64,000 nucleotides of DNA from Felis catus (taxonomy: Eukaryota). Of this stretch, positions 11,921-64,000 are shown in pieces. Made by a program: the position numbers and the translations under genes. The notes under the pieces were generated by a model. The model was given only the letters and a program-made list of their open reading frames with translations, searched no databases and was not told the origin of the DNA. The DNA lies in assembly GCF_018350175.1 (NCBI RefSeq), contig NC_058368.1, positions 10,974,001 through 11,038,000 on the forward strand. The letters are read 5' to 3'. Positions within the stretch are counted from its first letter, which is position 1. Each line of letters begins with the position of its first letter.

Positions 11921-14900
11921 AAAAACAGTGGAGAGACAGTATATTAAAATATAGGAGACAGAGATAATACTTAATGGGGAGAGATTCTGAGAAGATGAGA
12001 TTAAATGGAATATAGAACACAGATGGACAGTTTCACTATGGGCAGGAAAAGAGACCTTTATCCTTCGTGCATCATGAAAAAGCACCCAGGGCCTCAGTCT
12101 AGGATGGTGTGGCTTTTATGTGGCTCAACACCAACAGTCTGCTGAATGGTGTCCCATGGTCGTGTGAAACACATCCCAGCTACGCACATGCAGCAGTCTT
12201 GTCTGTAGGTAAATCTATAAGTTGATGGAACTAGAATTTGGGAGAATTGCCACCAAGAGGAAGAACAGCCGGTGAAAGTCCCTTGACACAGAGTAGTCAG
12301 CAAATTGGGGATGAATTAGAAGAGAGAGGGGAGAAGGGAAAATGGAGCGTTTTCTCTCCTCTCTACGTTTCCTATGCCAAGTTCCCAACAGGTGTCACCT
12401 TCACAAGCACCTTTTCCATGTTCCTCTTCCCTTTACCCACCACAGTGGTCATTCTGTGAGTTCATTGTGCCTAGGCAGGTTTCTTTAAGAAGAAGATAGC
12501 CTCTCAAACTCATACAGAACAAGGTGGCTGTTTAAATAGTAAAAGACGATATTTTAACCTAAAGGAATTCCTCTCTAAAGGTGAAATTTAGGCAGTTTAT
12601 TGGTGGGTAACACAGTTGTTTTTGGGGTAGAAGTGTTCCTTGTGCCCTTATATGCCTTATAACCCATCAAGGGCCACAGCATTCAGTTTTTGATCCACCT
12701 AAATGCACCCAGCAAAGGGAAACGTGGGGCTGAAATCCATGCCTGTTGATGATGATATTGACAATTTGAAGTTCTTGTTTTCTAATTTAAATCAACATGT
12801 ATTGAGTCTATACTTGTTCCAGCTAGTTTGGCATTGTTTCCTCAAATCTGTTTGTTCAAACATTGGACAATCATCTGAAGAGGGAGATAGGGTGATAGTT
12901 TCTGCAGAAAATTTGTGAGAGGGATCCTGAGGGACATTCGTCTCAGGCCTGAGGGCCTTGGATGGTTGGTTTGTCCCAGAAGAACATGAGAGAGAACAGG
13001 GCCCTAGAGAAATTCAGCTGAGGCAGCAATCTTTGAAATGACAAGGAGGTGGGTAAATGTATGAATGAAATTGGATCTGAATCCTACACATACTGATTGA
13101 TATGGCCACACAATCCTGTTGGGGCAGGGGGAGACCAAACAGAAGCACAACAGCATAAGATTTCTAAGTTTAAAAAACACCACACAAGAGGCCAATTCCT
13201 CTCCACTCACCTTAACATAAAAGTTTTTTTAGAAAGACTTTACTAGTTACTTGCAAACAACAAATCATCCATCCCACAAAGGTGAGCTGTTAGTGATGCT
13301 CATACTCTTCCCAGAAATAGGAGAGCTTCTAAAAGGTGGATTCAGTGAATGAGCTGGATTCACCTTTGCTCTGCCTTGTAAATGTAGCTGCTGCTCCTCT
13401 TAGACATCCTGGCACCCGAGCTCCAGGTAGCAGTGGGCATTGTCTAACCTGTTGCCCTAGCATATAGCAGGCAACCAGTTAACATTTTTTGCACATTAAA
13501 TAAATGTTTCTTCTGGTGCCGCTCTTTACACTAAAGACTAGTTGGCTCTTTAGTCAATGGCAGAGGCTTCATCTGCATCTGAACTGAGATCCACTAGGAG
13601 TGGTGCATTCTGGGAAATGGTCTCATTGGCCAGGATCCTCTGTGTCCCCCCCCCCCACAACCCCCCCCGGGGATCGTAGAGCTGTCATCTCCGGCATTAG
13701 TGTGGAGAGAATCTCAGCCAGAACACTAGGCTGAGGGGATAAGGGCTTTCTTTAGCTTCATGCAGGACTACTATTGGCAAAAAAAAAAAAAAAAAAAAAA
13801 AAAACAGAAAAAGCAAAGAGGGGCTTGCACACCTCCATGGATTCTTAAACTGAGGACCTACAAAAGCATTTTCACCTGTTGTTTCCCAATAACACAATGA
13901 TGGTGTTGGCAGGCAGCAAAAAAATGTCCTTGGACAGCAGTCCAGTTGGCTTCGAAAGGCTATCAAGGAGTCATTTAAAAAGCTCTTTGCACAGACATGT
14001 CCAGAATATTGACCAGAAGAGAAAAGAAGAAGCACTCTCTGAGCAATTTTCTCTCACGTGTTCGAACCTCCCCTCAGCTGTGTGTTTGGCAGGAGTCCCA
14101 CAGAAATTGCTGCAGAAGCTATCAACATAGCTTTTATGTAGGCATCCTCCATTTTAGTAATCCCTAAGTTTCAATAAAAACGATCTCTTTCCACTTCCAC
14201 AGATGGCAGGAAGACTAGACGGCAGAATACACTTTCTCCAGACGGCTATCGATTCTTTTTCAGTATGTGCCAAATATAGCGGGGATTCTTAATTATTTTT
14301 TAAATTATATATGACAGAAAAAATAATAGATGGAGTGCTTGGAAGATTGAACACATTTTTGTTATTAAAATAAAAACATAAACTTGAAATTTTGAGAAGT
14401 TTAAATCTTGAAAGGGGCTCTTCTTACAATTCTTTTTATTCCCAAGTGACCTATTAATTCATTTCTTCATTAAAAAAATTATTGAGCATGAAGTAAGTGC
14501 CAGGCACTTGGATAACAGGGATTTAGGATACCGAGGGCAAGGGGTAGGGAGTAGATTTCATTTATTTCTTTTCCTTCCACATAAAATTTATACCCCGAGG
14601 ATATCTTCAGGAAGCTGCCATTCTTGAATGCAAACCGGGGAATTATGAGAAATGCAATTGATAAGTTCTCTTTACACATGGTCAGTCTTTCCATTCCCCT
14701 TCCCTCACTCTAACTTGCTAGATGTATTCCATTTTTCTTCCAGATGCAAGGAAATAATCTTGGTCTGTCTTGTCTGTGACAATTGATTACTTGTCTTGCT
14801 TTGAATCTGCTTCCCTGAGATGGGCATTTAGTTGGGTCCAGCCCTCAAGGAACTCAAGGTTATCTTCATGGTAAACTCCACAAAGGAACACAATGTATTG

Positions 14901-15060
14901 CCTTCAAAATATCTTATGCAGGCTCAGCTTTCTATTTCAAAATTGTCTTTAATGAAATGTTTAATCACCTCTTCTAAATCATTAATAAAATATTATTATT
15001 AGATGATGAGGACGTTTTCATTGCTTATTTATCATTTACAACATCCCCCCCTTAGCTTTC

Positions 15061-15306
15061 TTTTTTTTTTTTAATTTTTTTTTCAACGTTTATTTATTTT
15101 GGGGACAGAGAGACAGAGCATGAACGGGGGAGGGGCAGAGAGAGAGAGGGAGACACAGAATCGGAAACAGGCTCCAGGCTCTGAGCCATCAGCCCAGAGC
15201 CCGACGCGGGGCTCGAACTCACGGACGGCGAGATCATGACCTGGACGGCGAGATCATGACCTGGCTGAAGTCGGACGCTTAACCGACTGCGCCACCCAGG
15301 CGCCCC
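15061..15306 (-). mobile_element. Young SINEC_Fc with internal 20-bp tandem duplication
   Basis: CpG-intact; TSD cccttagctttc on both sides. Confidence 0.95.
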
Positions 15307-17833
15307 CCCCACCCTTAGCTTTCAAAGCGATTTGAGGCTGCTTAAAATAGAAACCCTAAATGTCATATGGTGTTTCAAATAGAAAAACATGAATAGGTAG
15401 GGGAATTTTTATTATAGTCTCTGTTATTCCTTTCTTAGAAGTCACGTAAAAAATTCTGCACTGCTAAGGCACAGCAAGCTTTCATTCTACATTTGAGTTT
15501 CCTTCTTAAAGTCCTATTTTCTTACCTTGTGTTGAAATTACCTGCACACCAACATTAACTGAGGGCTTAACGTGGGCCAGGAACTCTCCGGTATTTCATA
15601 ACATTAGCTTGTGCAGCTCCTGAAACACATTCATATTACATGAACTTTATTTTAAATGTGAGAAAACTAAATTTGTAGATTAAGTAGCTTTCTTGAAATC
15701 TAGTGAGTGGCAGAAAGAATATCAACCCAGGCAGGTCTGATGGCATCCAGAGTACTTCATCACTAGTGAATACTTACGAATAATGAATGGGTCATATGCT
15801 GTTAGTGGATCGTGAGATCAATTTAGCGGATTGTGATCCCGTTCCGAGGGAGTAAGATAGAATAGCAATGATCAGAGTACATCCCACATAGTAAAAGGCA
15901 AGTTATAATTCAAGAAATTTTGTTTTCAGTGTGTGCCTGTTTGTATGCTGAATTGTGATACAAGATATATGTCTGTGAGTTACTATCATAAAAAATTTCA
16001 AGGCTGCTACACTAGGATATACTGACTCTCACTCATTCATATTCCAAACACAGGGGGACAACTAGTTTTTTATAAACCTGCCCTCTACAGAAATCTTTAC
16101 AAGAAAGAAGAGATTTAAAAATCCATGACTCAGTATGCCTCTCCCTGTGTGAATAGGCTTAACAAGCCAACTCCCAGAGCCATGCAGCAGAGTTTTCCTA
16201 AAATCGCCAGCCTTCACTGGTCTTACGCCAAGTTGCTAATAGTAAATCATTCATCTACCACTGCAACAATAGCAAAGAAAAATATTTTTTGCTTTGCTAA
16301 GAGCAAACATCCAATGGATAGAAAAGCATCCAAAGGCCGCCCTCCCCATCTACAGAAGGTGTAGCAGACGCAACAGCAGCAGCTTCTGGGGTCGAGTGTG
16401 TGTTGCCATGTCCAGTCGTCTCCAAGACAGGGCCAGGCTCTTAACCATTTTTTTTTAGTAGTGTTGTATTTATTAAAGGGAAGGGAAAATTAGACAAAGT
16501 GAATATAGACAACACAAAATATAATGTGTTTTCTAAGGTGTTAAACTATTTTTCTATGAACTTCCTACCTATAAAAGATGTTTTATTGCTCATATCCTCC
16601 CTCCCCTATACACGTATTTGAATCATCCCCTGACCCCAGAGGACCACTGTTAACTACTGTGTTATGAAGATACCAGGTGAATCGGGAACCTGAATTTCAA
16701 GGAGGGGCATAAGTCCTCTGTGAGGACGGATGCAAAACATAAGAGAAGGAAACATAAGGGAAGACAACAGCTGAATAGTGGCTAGGTTGAATGAGAAAAT
16801 GAAGAAAGGAATAGAATTAACTTTGACAAAATTACTCTGTGGGTAAAATGATCAAAAACATTCTAGAAATTTAGATGTAAGAGACATCTGTCAATTGTGA
16901 AAGAGTACTTTCCAGAAAACAAGAGATGTTCTTCATAAATACTCTAGCACAATTGTAGAAGTCATGTATTGTTTTAAAGGAGTGCCAGTCAAAACTTCAC
17001 AGAAATTGACTGGGGGAGACTATACATTCAGGCATGACCACAGTTCATTATCACTAATTGAAGGGAGTGAGCGGTGTTGGAAAGGTGCTCCTAACCATGC
17101 CACTGATGTTTGGCATCATGGCCAGGACTTTCCTTGGGTTGGAGGTATGATGTATTTTAATATAGCAGAGGGATAGAGAACAAACCTTCTGTGACTTTCC
17201 GGATGGATGTCTGCATTTAACTTCCTTATCTCTGAAACATAAAGGAAAATATCACCCATACATAGATTGGTTGAATGAATACCTGAGATAAACCACTTGT
17301 GCAAATGGCCTGGGACACAGTAAGCTCAATGAGGGTTAGATATTATCACTTACTATTTATCCCTCCTAATTCAAATGTGGTTCCCAATTTCTAATTCACA
17401 CTTAAAACTGTCCTTTTGCATATATATATTATGTCACTTCAAATCCTTCTCAGAAAGGATTAATAAGTAAATAAATCCATCTGTTTAATTCTGTTAGCTC
17501 GTGGCTTTACCTTTCTGTTTCCAAGAGTGGACAACTCTTTGCTTCCATACAAAAGTAGGATGATTGCTTTGGTTTTGCTTACTATTGCCTTCCTGAAATT
17601 AGTTCGAAAATGAACCTTGATTCTGGGTATAGCTGATGTTCGATATGACAATGATTGTTTAGAATGTTATAATTAAGAATATTATTCAAAGATATTGTAC
17701 ACTATGGATAGAATTAGACAAACTCAATTCAAAGGGTCCTTTTGAAAACTAAAGGGAATGCCATGAAAAGAATTTTGGCCATATTAACACTTTCATTCTA
17801 TTACATGAGACTACTTTCCCCTCTTTCACATAG

Positions 17834-58065
<40,232 letters not shown>

Positions 58066-58422
58066 CAATGGTTTTGGACCCCCGGACTTCCAGGGGACCA
58101 CCTGTAAGAAAAGGACAGCGCTCGGAACATGCTACCTGCAGTGCTTTTCATCTCTCCCAACAGCAAACCTTTCTGCACAGAGAGCACAGCAGAGTGACTT
58201 CTGGCACTGCGTTCCGATGGCAGCTGTTCTTATCAGCCGTGCGAAGAACTGTACCTGTGGGTTCTGCTCGCTCTCGGCATTTCGGAAATGCACTAGGGAA
58301 ACCACACATAGTAGGCTGATGGGCCGCCGATCCGCAGCTGGTCGACACTACCCCCCTGCAAGGGAACGCCCCGCACACTGGCACTGCATGTCTGCTTCGG
58401 AGTCGAATTGCACCGTCCATAA

Positions 58423-58428
58423 AATAAA
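58423..58428 (+). terminator. Candidate proximal polyadenylation signal (AATAAA)
   Basis: AATAAA about 360 nt after the stop codon; usage unknown. Confidence 0.4.
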
Positions 58429-59053
58429 AACATTCATGACACCTCATTCCAGGGTGGCCATCGTCACGTAAACCTCACATCTCTCTCTTTGCTTTTTCCA
58501 CGTCAAAGGAAATCATCGGCATCCTGCTGAACTGAGGGCAAAGGATTTCTGAGACGTTCGCCCGCCTCCAGCCTCGCCCTCTACGCCGGTGGCGTAGAAA
58601 CTTTGAAAGCACATCTTTACACGAGGCTGTTGCAGCCAACAAAACGGCAGAGAGACAGAGACTAAGCCTAGTACCATTCACCCTCTTGGCTGCTATTTAG
58701 CGTCAGCAGAGTTGAGATCGCAAACAAGATTATTTTTCTCGAGATTGTCCAGGCCACGAAGAAAAATTGGACACCCCAGCGGCCAAAACTACATTTTAAT
58801 CTCTTTCAAGGGTAATTTCTTTAAAGTAGCATCCCTACAGCTAGGAAGTTCTGTCTTCATAAAACACACGGATGAGACGTGTTAAAGGGGTTTAAGAATA
58901 GTGGTTTGATTGGGTCCGTTTGCTTACTCAGAGAGATTTCACTCAAAAAGACCAGTAAGTTTGGACTTGAGTTTTGAAAATGTAAAGTACTTACTTGTGA
59001 AGGCCTGGATGTGTCGTTACCATGAAAGCTCATATGTGAAAAACAATCAGGTA

Positions 59054-59059
59054 AATAAA
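59054..59059 (+). terminator. Candidate distal polyadenylation signal (AATAAA)
   Basis: AATAAA followed by T/GT-rich sequence (ttatattttgcatttgtccatattttattttatgttt). Confidence 0.45.
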
Positions 59060-61178
59060 GTTATATTTTGCATTTGTCCATATTTTATTTTATGTTTGAA
59101 AAAGACTACAGAGCCTGTTTATTGACTATTACCATGTTTCTCCTGAGAGAGAGTATAGCCAGGAAACACAGCACCTCAGTCAACAAGCACATCTTATGTT
59201 TTTCTCTTACCCCTTTTTCCAAAGCAGGAGGCAATAACTGAATGTCTTTACTGCTCTCTTCATTCTGAGTTCCTTTAATGAGCAGAATCTAAGCAGCTGA
59301 CCAAGAACTCCAGATTACCTCCTATCATCTAATAGCATCCAGGAAAGAATCCCAGAGTTCATGTGTCACGGCAGTTCTGGTAATTTACTTGTTATTGCTT
59401 AATAGTGACTAAAACCATTGTTTCAACCAAGTGAAATATCTTTTGCATCAGTGAAATGTTTCTGAGGATTCTGCAGATAATGTTCCTCCCCATTAAGTAG
59501 GCTGCCCTTTTCCCTTATGGTTTCAAACTTTTCTCCATCTTGTCTCCTCACTATGATGAGTTACTTCCTGACATGTTTCCTGAATTTGCTGACATTTTAT
59601 TAAACGCCCTCTGCCAGTCCTTGATCATCAGATGATTTATTTCCTAATACATTTCCCAATATCAGGAACATAAATAAAGACTAGACCCTGAGCCCAGGGT
59701 ATTGCAATCTTAGCACAAATGTGTGTCTCCCTTTCTTGAAAAGCATGAGGGGTGGGCCATGAACCAAGCATCTGGGAACTGTGTTTGTGAATGTCTGCGC
59801 TCTTACTGTTAAGTAGTAGACATGAGAAACACAAGGTCAGGTGCATCAGGGAAGTTTTCACAGAAAAAAATTGAAGCTATATATTGGTTAGCAGCATGCT
59901 AATGGATAGTATAGAATTGAATTCTAATAGCTTAGTGATTTACAGCCTTATTCTGCACTGCAACATAAATAGAAACCTGTAAGAAATGTTTAATTTTAGC
60001 AAATAACAGTCTTTTATCTGGATTGAGTGAGGTCTTTGGCGTTGTTAGACTTGTTTTCTAAACCCGATGCTTCTGTGTGGATATGAAAATACTACTTCTG
60101 TTCTTTAACCACTTCCCATGACAACATAAACAGCAAATAAACATGACTTGAGAACATAAGAGGCCATAGACTGTGCCATCTTTGAGTAAGAGAGAATGAG
60201 GGCAAATTACCCAATCCGCATCTCCATCATGTGCCTGTGTATTACTGACATTTGGTATTGAAATTTAAAAAAAATATATTCTAAGAAATGAATATGGAAC
60301 CTCAGATGAGCGTACCAAAAGGGGGTATGTGGTTTATCTGCGTTAGACATAGCTAAGCTTACTTACATCACTTTGTTTCATTCTTAAGGTTTATTTGTAA
60401 TCAAAATCAAAATAGTTTATGCCCACTGCGGTTGCTGAAATAGACCCTGGTGACCAGGAGCTCTAAGTGGGGTTACACATAGCTGAGCTTTAGCTCACAG
60501 GTAGTAGTTTCACACGTCACCATGTGCCTCAAATCCTCAGCTCCATCCGGCCTGGTCTCTACAGCATCAGAGAGCCACAAAAGCAGAGCCATCACCCCAG
60601 TGTTTTTCTCTTAAGGGTGACCTCAGTGCCAGATCAAATGAGTATTTGGTAACTTGCTATGCAGATACTCATGCTATGTTTTCAAGAATTTATCTCACCC
60701 AATATGATTCTTCACTCTGCTTTACCATTCTCAAGTTGGGAAGCAATGCAAAGATCCAGAGAATGTACATGATAGAAATGAAAACTGGTGAAGTGTCACC
60801 AATCATACGCTCCCTATAATTTTACATATGCCCCCAAGGGAGGTCTGAAGTAAATGGATCTTCCAAAAGTAACAAGGGATACACGTAAGACATATTTCTT
60901 TTTAGTTTTTTCAATGTAGCGTAAGTGGGCGTATGGTTCTATTTAATAAATAGCCTTAGGTAACTTTACTCAAGAAACAAAGCATGGAAGATAAATATTT
61001 GTGTTTTCTTATTTCCTGAAAAAGAAAAAGAAAGAGTGATTGTAAAGATTTCTCCTTATATTAATCTGTTTATATGTCAGTTGTCTGATAGCCTGTCTAT
61101 GAAAGACAGAAGATGCATTTCTAATAAAGATAATGTTTATTTCTGAACCAGAAACATAAAATGTAATCAGAATATTCT

Positions 61179-61220
61179 TTGTTGTTGTTGTTGCTATTGT
61201 TGTTGTTGTTGTTGTTGTTT
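61179..61220. repeat. (GTT)n microsatellite
   Basis: Read directly. Confidence 0.9.
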
Positions 61221-63058
61221 TGAGTATTCTTTTAAGTGGTTTTTCAGTAGGAGACCTTAAAGTCCTTGAGGTACACTTCCTAAAGCCCTATAAGCTGATT
61301 GAAACCTATACGAAATGTATTTCATTTAGAATAGTCTTCAGGATACTCTCCACATGACACATATGGAAGAAATCAATTACAAATAAAGAAATAAAAAACA
61401 ATAAGGCCACCTGACAAAATTGCGGATCCAGGGATGGGTATCTTATGCCATCTCAACGGTCTGGCCCCAGTCCATGGTAACACTTCTTATCGCTAGGACC
61501 TGAAAAAAGCATAACTATTTTGAGTCATAAGCTCACAACTAGTTTGGATACAAAAAGAAATTATTTCCGGACTGCCTGGGACCCCATAAAACTTTCACCT
61601 GTTTCCTGATTTTCTGAATTCATGATGTTAGAGTATTTGATTCAGTAATGATTTGCAATGGAAGCTATTACATACTTCCCTGCTACAGACAGTATATATT
61701 TAGGACAAAGAAATACAGAGTCAAAACCAGAAAGCTGGTGCCATAGTTCCAATTCAGTCATCAACTACTTGTAAGTTCTCAGACAAATGCCTTTAAATCT
61801 CTTCCATTCTCTATAACTGGGCTTCCTTAGGACCATCACACAAACTGATGGCCTATCCCATTTTGGGGAAGATCTATAATGTGGATTAAACCTCTTCCTG
61901 AAGGTCCATGTGGATTAAAAATCCAAAAGTTTACATAAAATTCAAGGATTATCCAATTCTCAGTTTCCCTGGGATATTACAAGGTCTCAGAAAGAATCAA
62001 TGCATGGGTCAGTGCGATGTTCAGAAATCCTCTTCTGGCGAAAGCTTACAGGGCCCCCATTCTCTTATGGAAAGAACACTGAGGCAAAGCCTCAGACAGT
62101 GACTCTTTCCTAAGATGTGGAAGATTACAACAGTGTAGCAGTGAGTACAACTTAAAAATTAGGTGACCTAATGCTAGAAAAATCTAGGAATGCAGACAGT
62201 GATGTAATTAACAAGTAACCATTTTAATTGACTACAAGTCATAAACTGGTCTCTTCATGTAAGTGTATAAATAGGTCTACTATCACCTACATTATTCTGG
62301 AAAACACATAAATGCACAGGTATGTCAAGCACTTATGACTGGGATTATACCCCATATACTGGGGGTAAAGTGTTATTAGGGTAAAGACATAACAACATAC
62401 CCAATTTCCCCACAGAACCAAAATACAACACGTGGTTCTTGACCCAGGATTGATCTCTGCCTCAAACCTTGCACCATCAGCCTTGAACTCCCTCCCTTTA
62501 TCATCAACCTCTCTTCTCCACTGGCCCTTTCTGTTCAGCTCACAATGCTCCAATTTCTCGTATCTAAGACCGACACTAGCATCTGTCTGTTTTTGCCTTC
62601 TCTTTATGACTAAACATTTAGAAAGGATGGTAAACTCTTTGTCACCGGTGCTTTGACTTCTCAACAACAGAATGCCTCTACCCTCACCACACCATGGAGG
62701 CACTGCTCCTTGAGGTCTTAATGATAACAGCCCAATGGACAGTTTCCTTTCTTTAACTACTTCATCTCTCTGAAGAATTTGTCACTGACAACAACTTCCT
62801 CCTCCAAATTCCTTTCTTAGAAGGAAGGACATCATTCTTTCCCATTCTACACTACTCCACTGGCTCTCCCTTCTCACATCTTTATGAGTTTCCTCTTCCT
62901 CCACCTGCCCCCATAAACTTATAAATAAGTTTCTGGGGTTTTATTCTTGGCTTCCTGTTCTTTGTCCTCCTTAAATCCCTCCCAGGCTTCAATCTCTCCA
63001 TGGTTGTCATAGATAAGTAAATTAATTTTTAAAGCTCACGTAAAAATAAACATAAAGA

Positions 63059-63248
63059 GGGGTGCCTGGGTGGTTCAGTCGGTTGAGCATCCAACTTTGG
63101 CTCAGGTCATGATCTCACGGTTCGTGAGTTTGAGCCCCGCATCGGGCTCTGTGCTGTCAGAGCCCACTTCAGATCCTCTGCTCCCACCCCCTATGCTTCC
63201 CCTGCTCGCGCTCTCTCTAAAAAATAAAATATAAAAACAAATCTAAAT
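63059..63248 (+). mobile_element. SINEC
   Basis: ggggtgcctgggtggttcagtcggtt head and A-rich tail. Confidence 0.9.
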
Positions 63249-63935
63249 ACATAAATAACTAAATATAGAAGGGGCTTATTTTGATAGTTCTTATCATATC
63301 TTGACACTTTTTAATCTTCTCCACCATACAACTTTTGTTGAAATTTCTAACCTCCCTAATGAGAATCAGCTATTCTCTCAGGCTCATCCAAAAGTGATGC
63401 ATTTTTACATGTTTAGCAAATGTGTTTGAAACCCACCAAAATCATTTGTTTGGAAGATTTTTAAGAGAAAATCCCATAAACTTAAATTCCATAAGTGGCC
63501 CAGGCTGGAGAGGGGAGAGGACGATTCTAGTGGCTCCCTATATAAATTTCTGCTCAATTCCTCTATTTTCAGTCCAGGACCTATGCTTACATAAACTTTT
63601 TTCTTTTTATTTATTTTTATTGGACAGGATCAGAATGTGCAGACATGTCCACTGAAAGTATGGAATCAAGAAAGGGATCTTAAGGAAAAGTTTTATGCAT
63701 ATCACTGAAGAGGCATTGGATGGAGTAGGGTGGAAACCTCAGATCACACGATAACCATCATAGAGACTGAACCAGTGATATTAATTGATTTACCTTTCCT
63801 GTTTTTATGTAGCTGGCAGTAGCCTTAGAGATCAAGGGTTGTATCCTTTTGCTGCTTTGTAAACAGCAAATCCTTTTTGTCTTAGTTTTCCACTCTTCAG
63901 TGGCTTATATTTTCCCTTAAAAATGCTTGGTTCCA

Positions 63936-64000
63936 GGGGCACCTGGCTGGCTCAGTTGGTAGAGTGTGTAACTCTTGATCTTGGGGTTGTAGGTTTGAGC
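63936..64000 (+). mobile_element. SINEC 5' part, cut by the window end
   Basis: ggggcacctggctggctcagttggtagag. Confidence 0.85.

Noticed and set aside
58066..60000. Retrocopy insertion in the RXFP2 3' region like the one linked to polledness in sheep
   Set aside because: No recognisable retrocopy coding sequence, poly(A) tail or TSD here.
62287..62703. 138-aa minus-strand ORF downstream of RXFP2
   Set aside because: No recognisable domain or exon structure; it overlaps pyrimidine-rich, L2-like sequence.

Overview
Mammalian genomic DNA, most likely a felid because several young, CpG-rich Can-SINEs are of the feline SINEC_Fc type. The window holds exons 2-18 of RXFP2 (LGR8, the INSL3/relaxin-family peptide receptor 2) on the + strand, from 17834 to the stop at 58063-58065. 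I traced all 17 exons by hand. Every splice site seen is GT/AG and the joined frame is open over 2171 nt: LDLa module, GDxxGW linker, LRR N-cap, ten 72-nt LRR exons, 7TM domain and C-tail. The signal-peptide exon 1 was not found, so 1-17833 is taken to be intron 1. The rest is intronic or 3' flanking DNA with SINEC, L1, L2, CR1/L3, MER20, MER5, MLT1 and microsatellite repeats. I see no convincing new multi-gene system. The best leads are a candidate in-frame 60-nt cassette exon in intron 1 (14203-14262), a ~140-bp direct repeat in intron 17, an L1 with a ~45-bp flanking duplication, nested and inverted young SINEs around the LRR exons, and a few unusual residues in the receptor. Comparisons to human/mouse RXFP2, RXFP1 and repeat consensus sequences are from memory and need checking by alignment.
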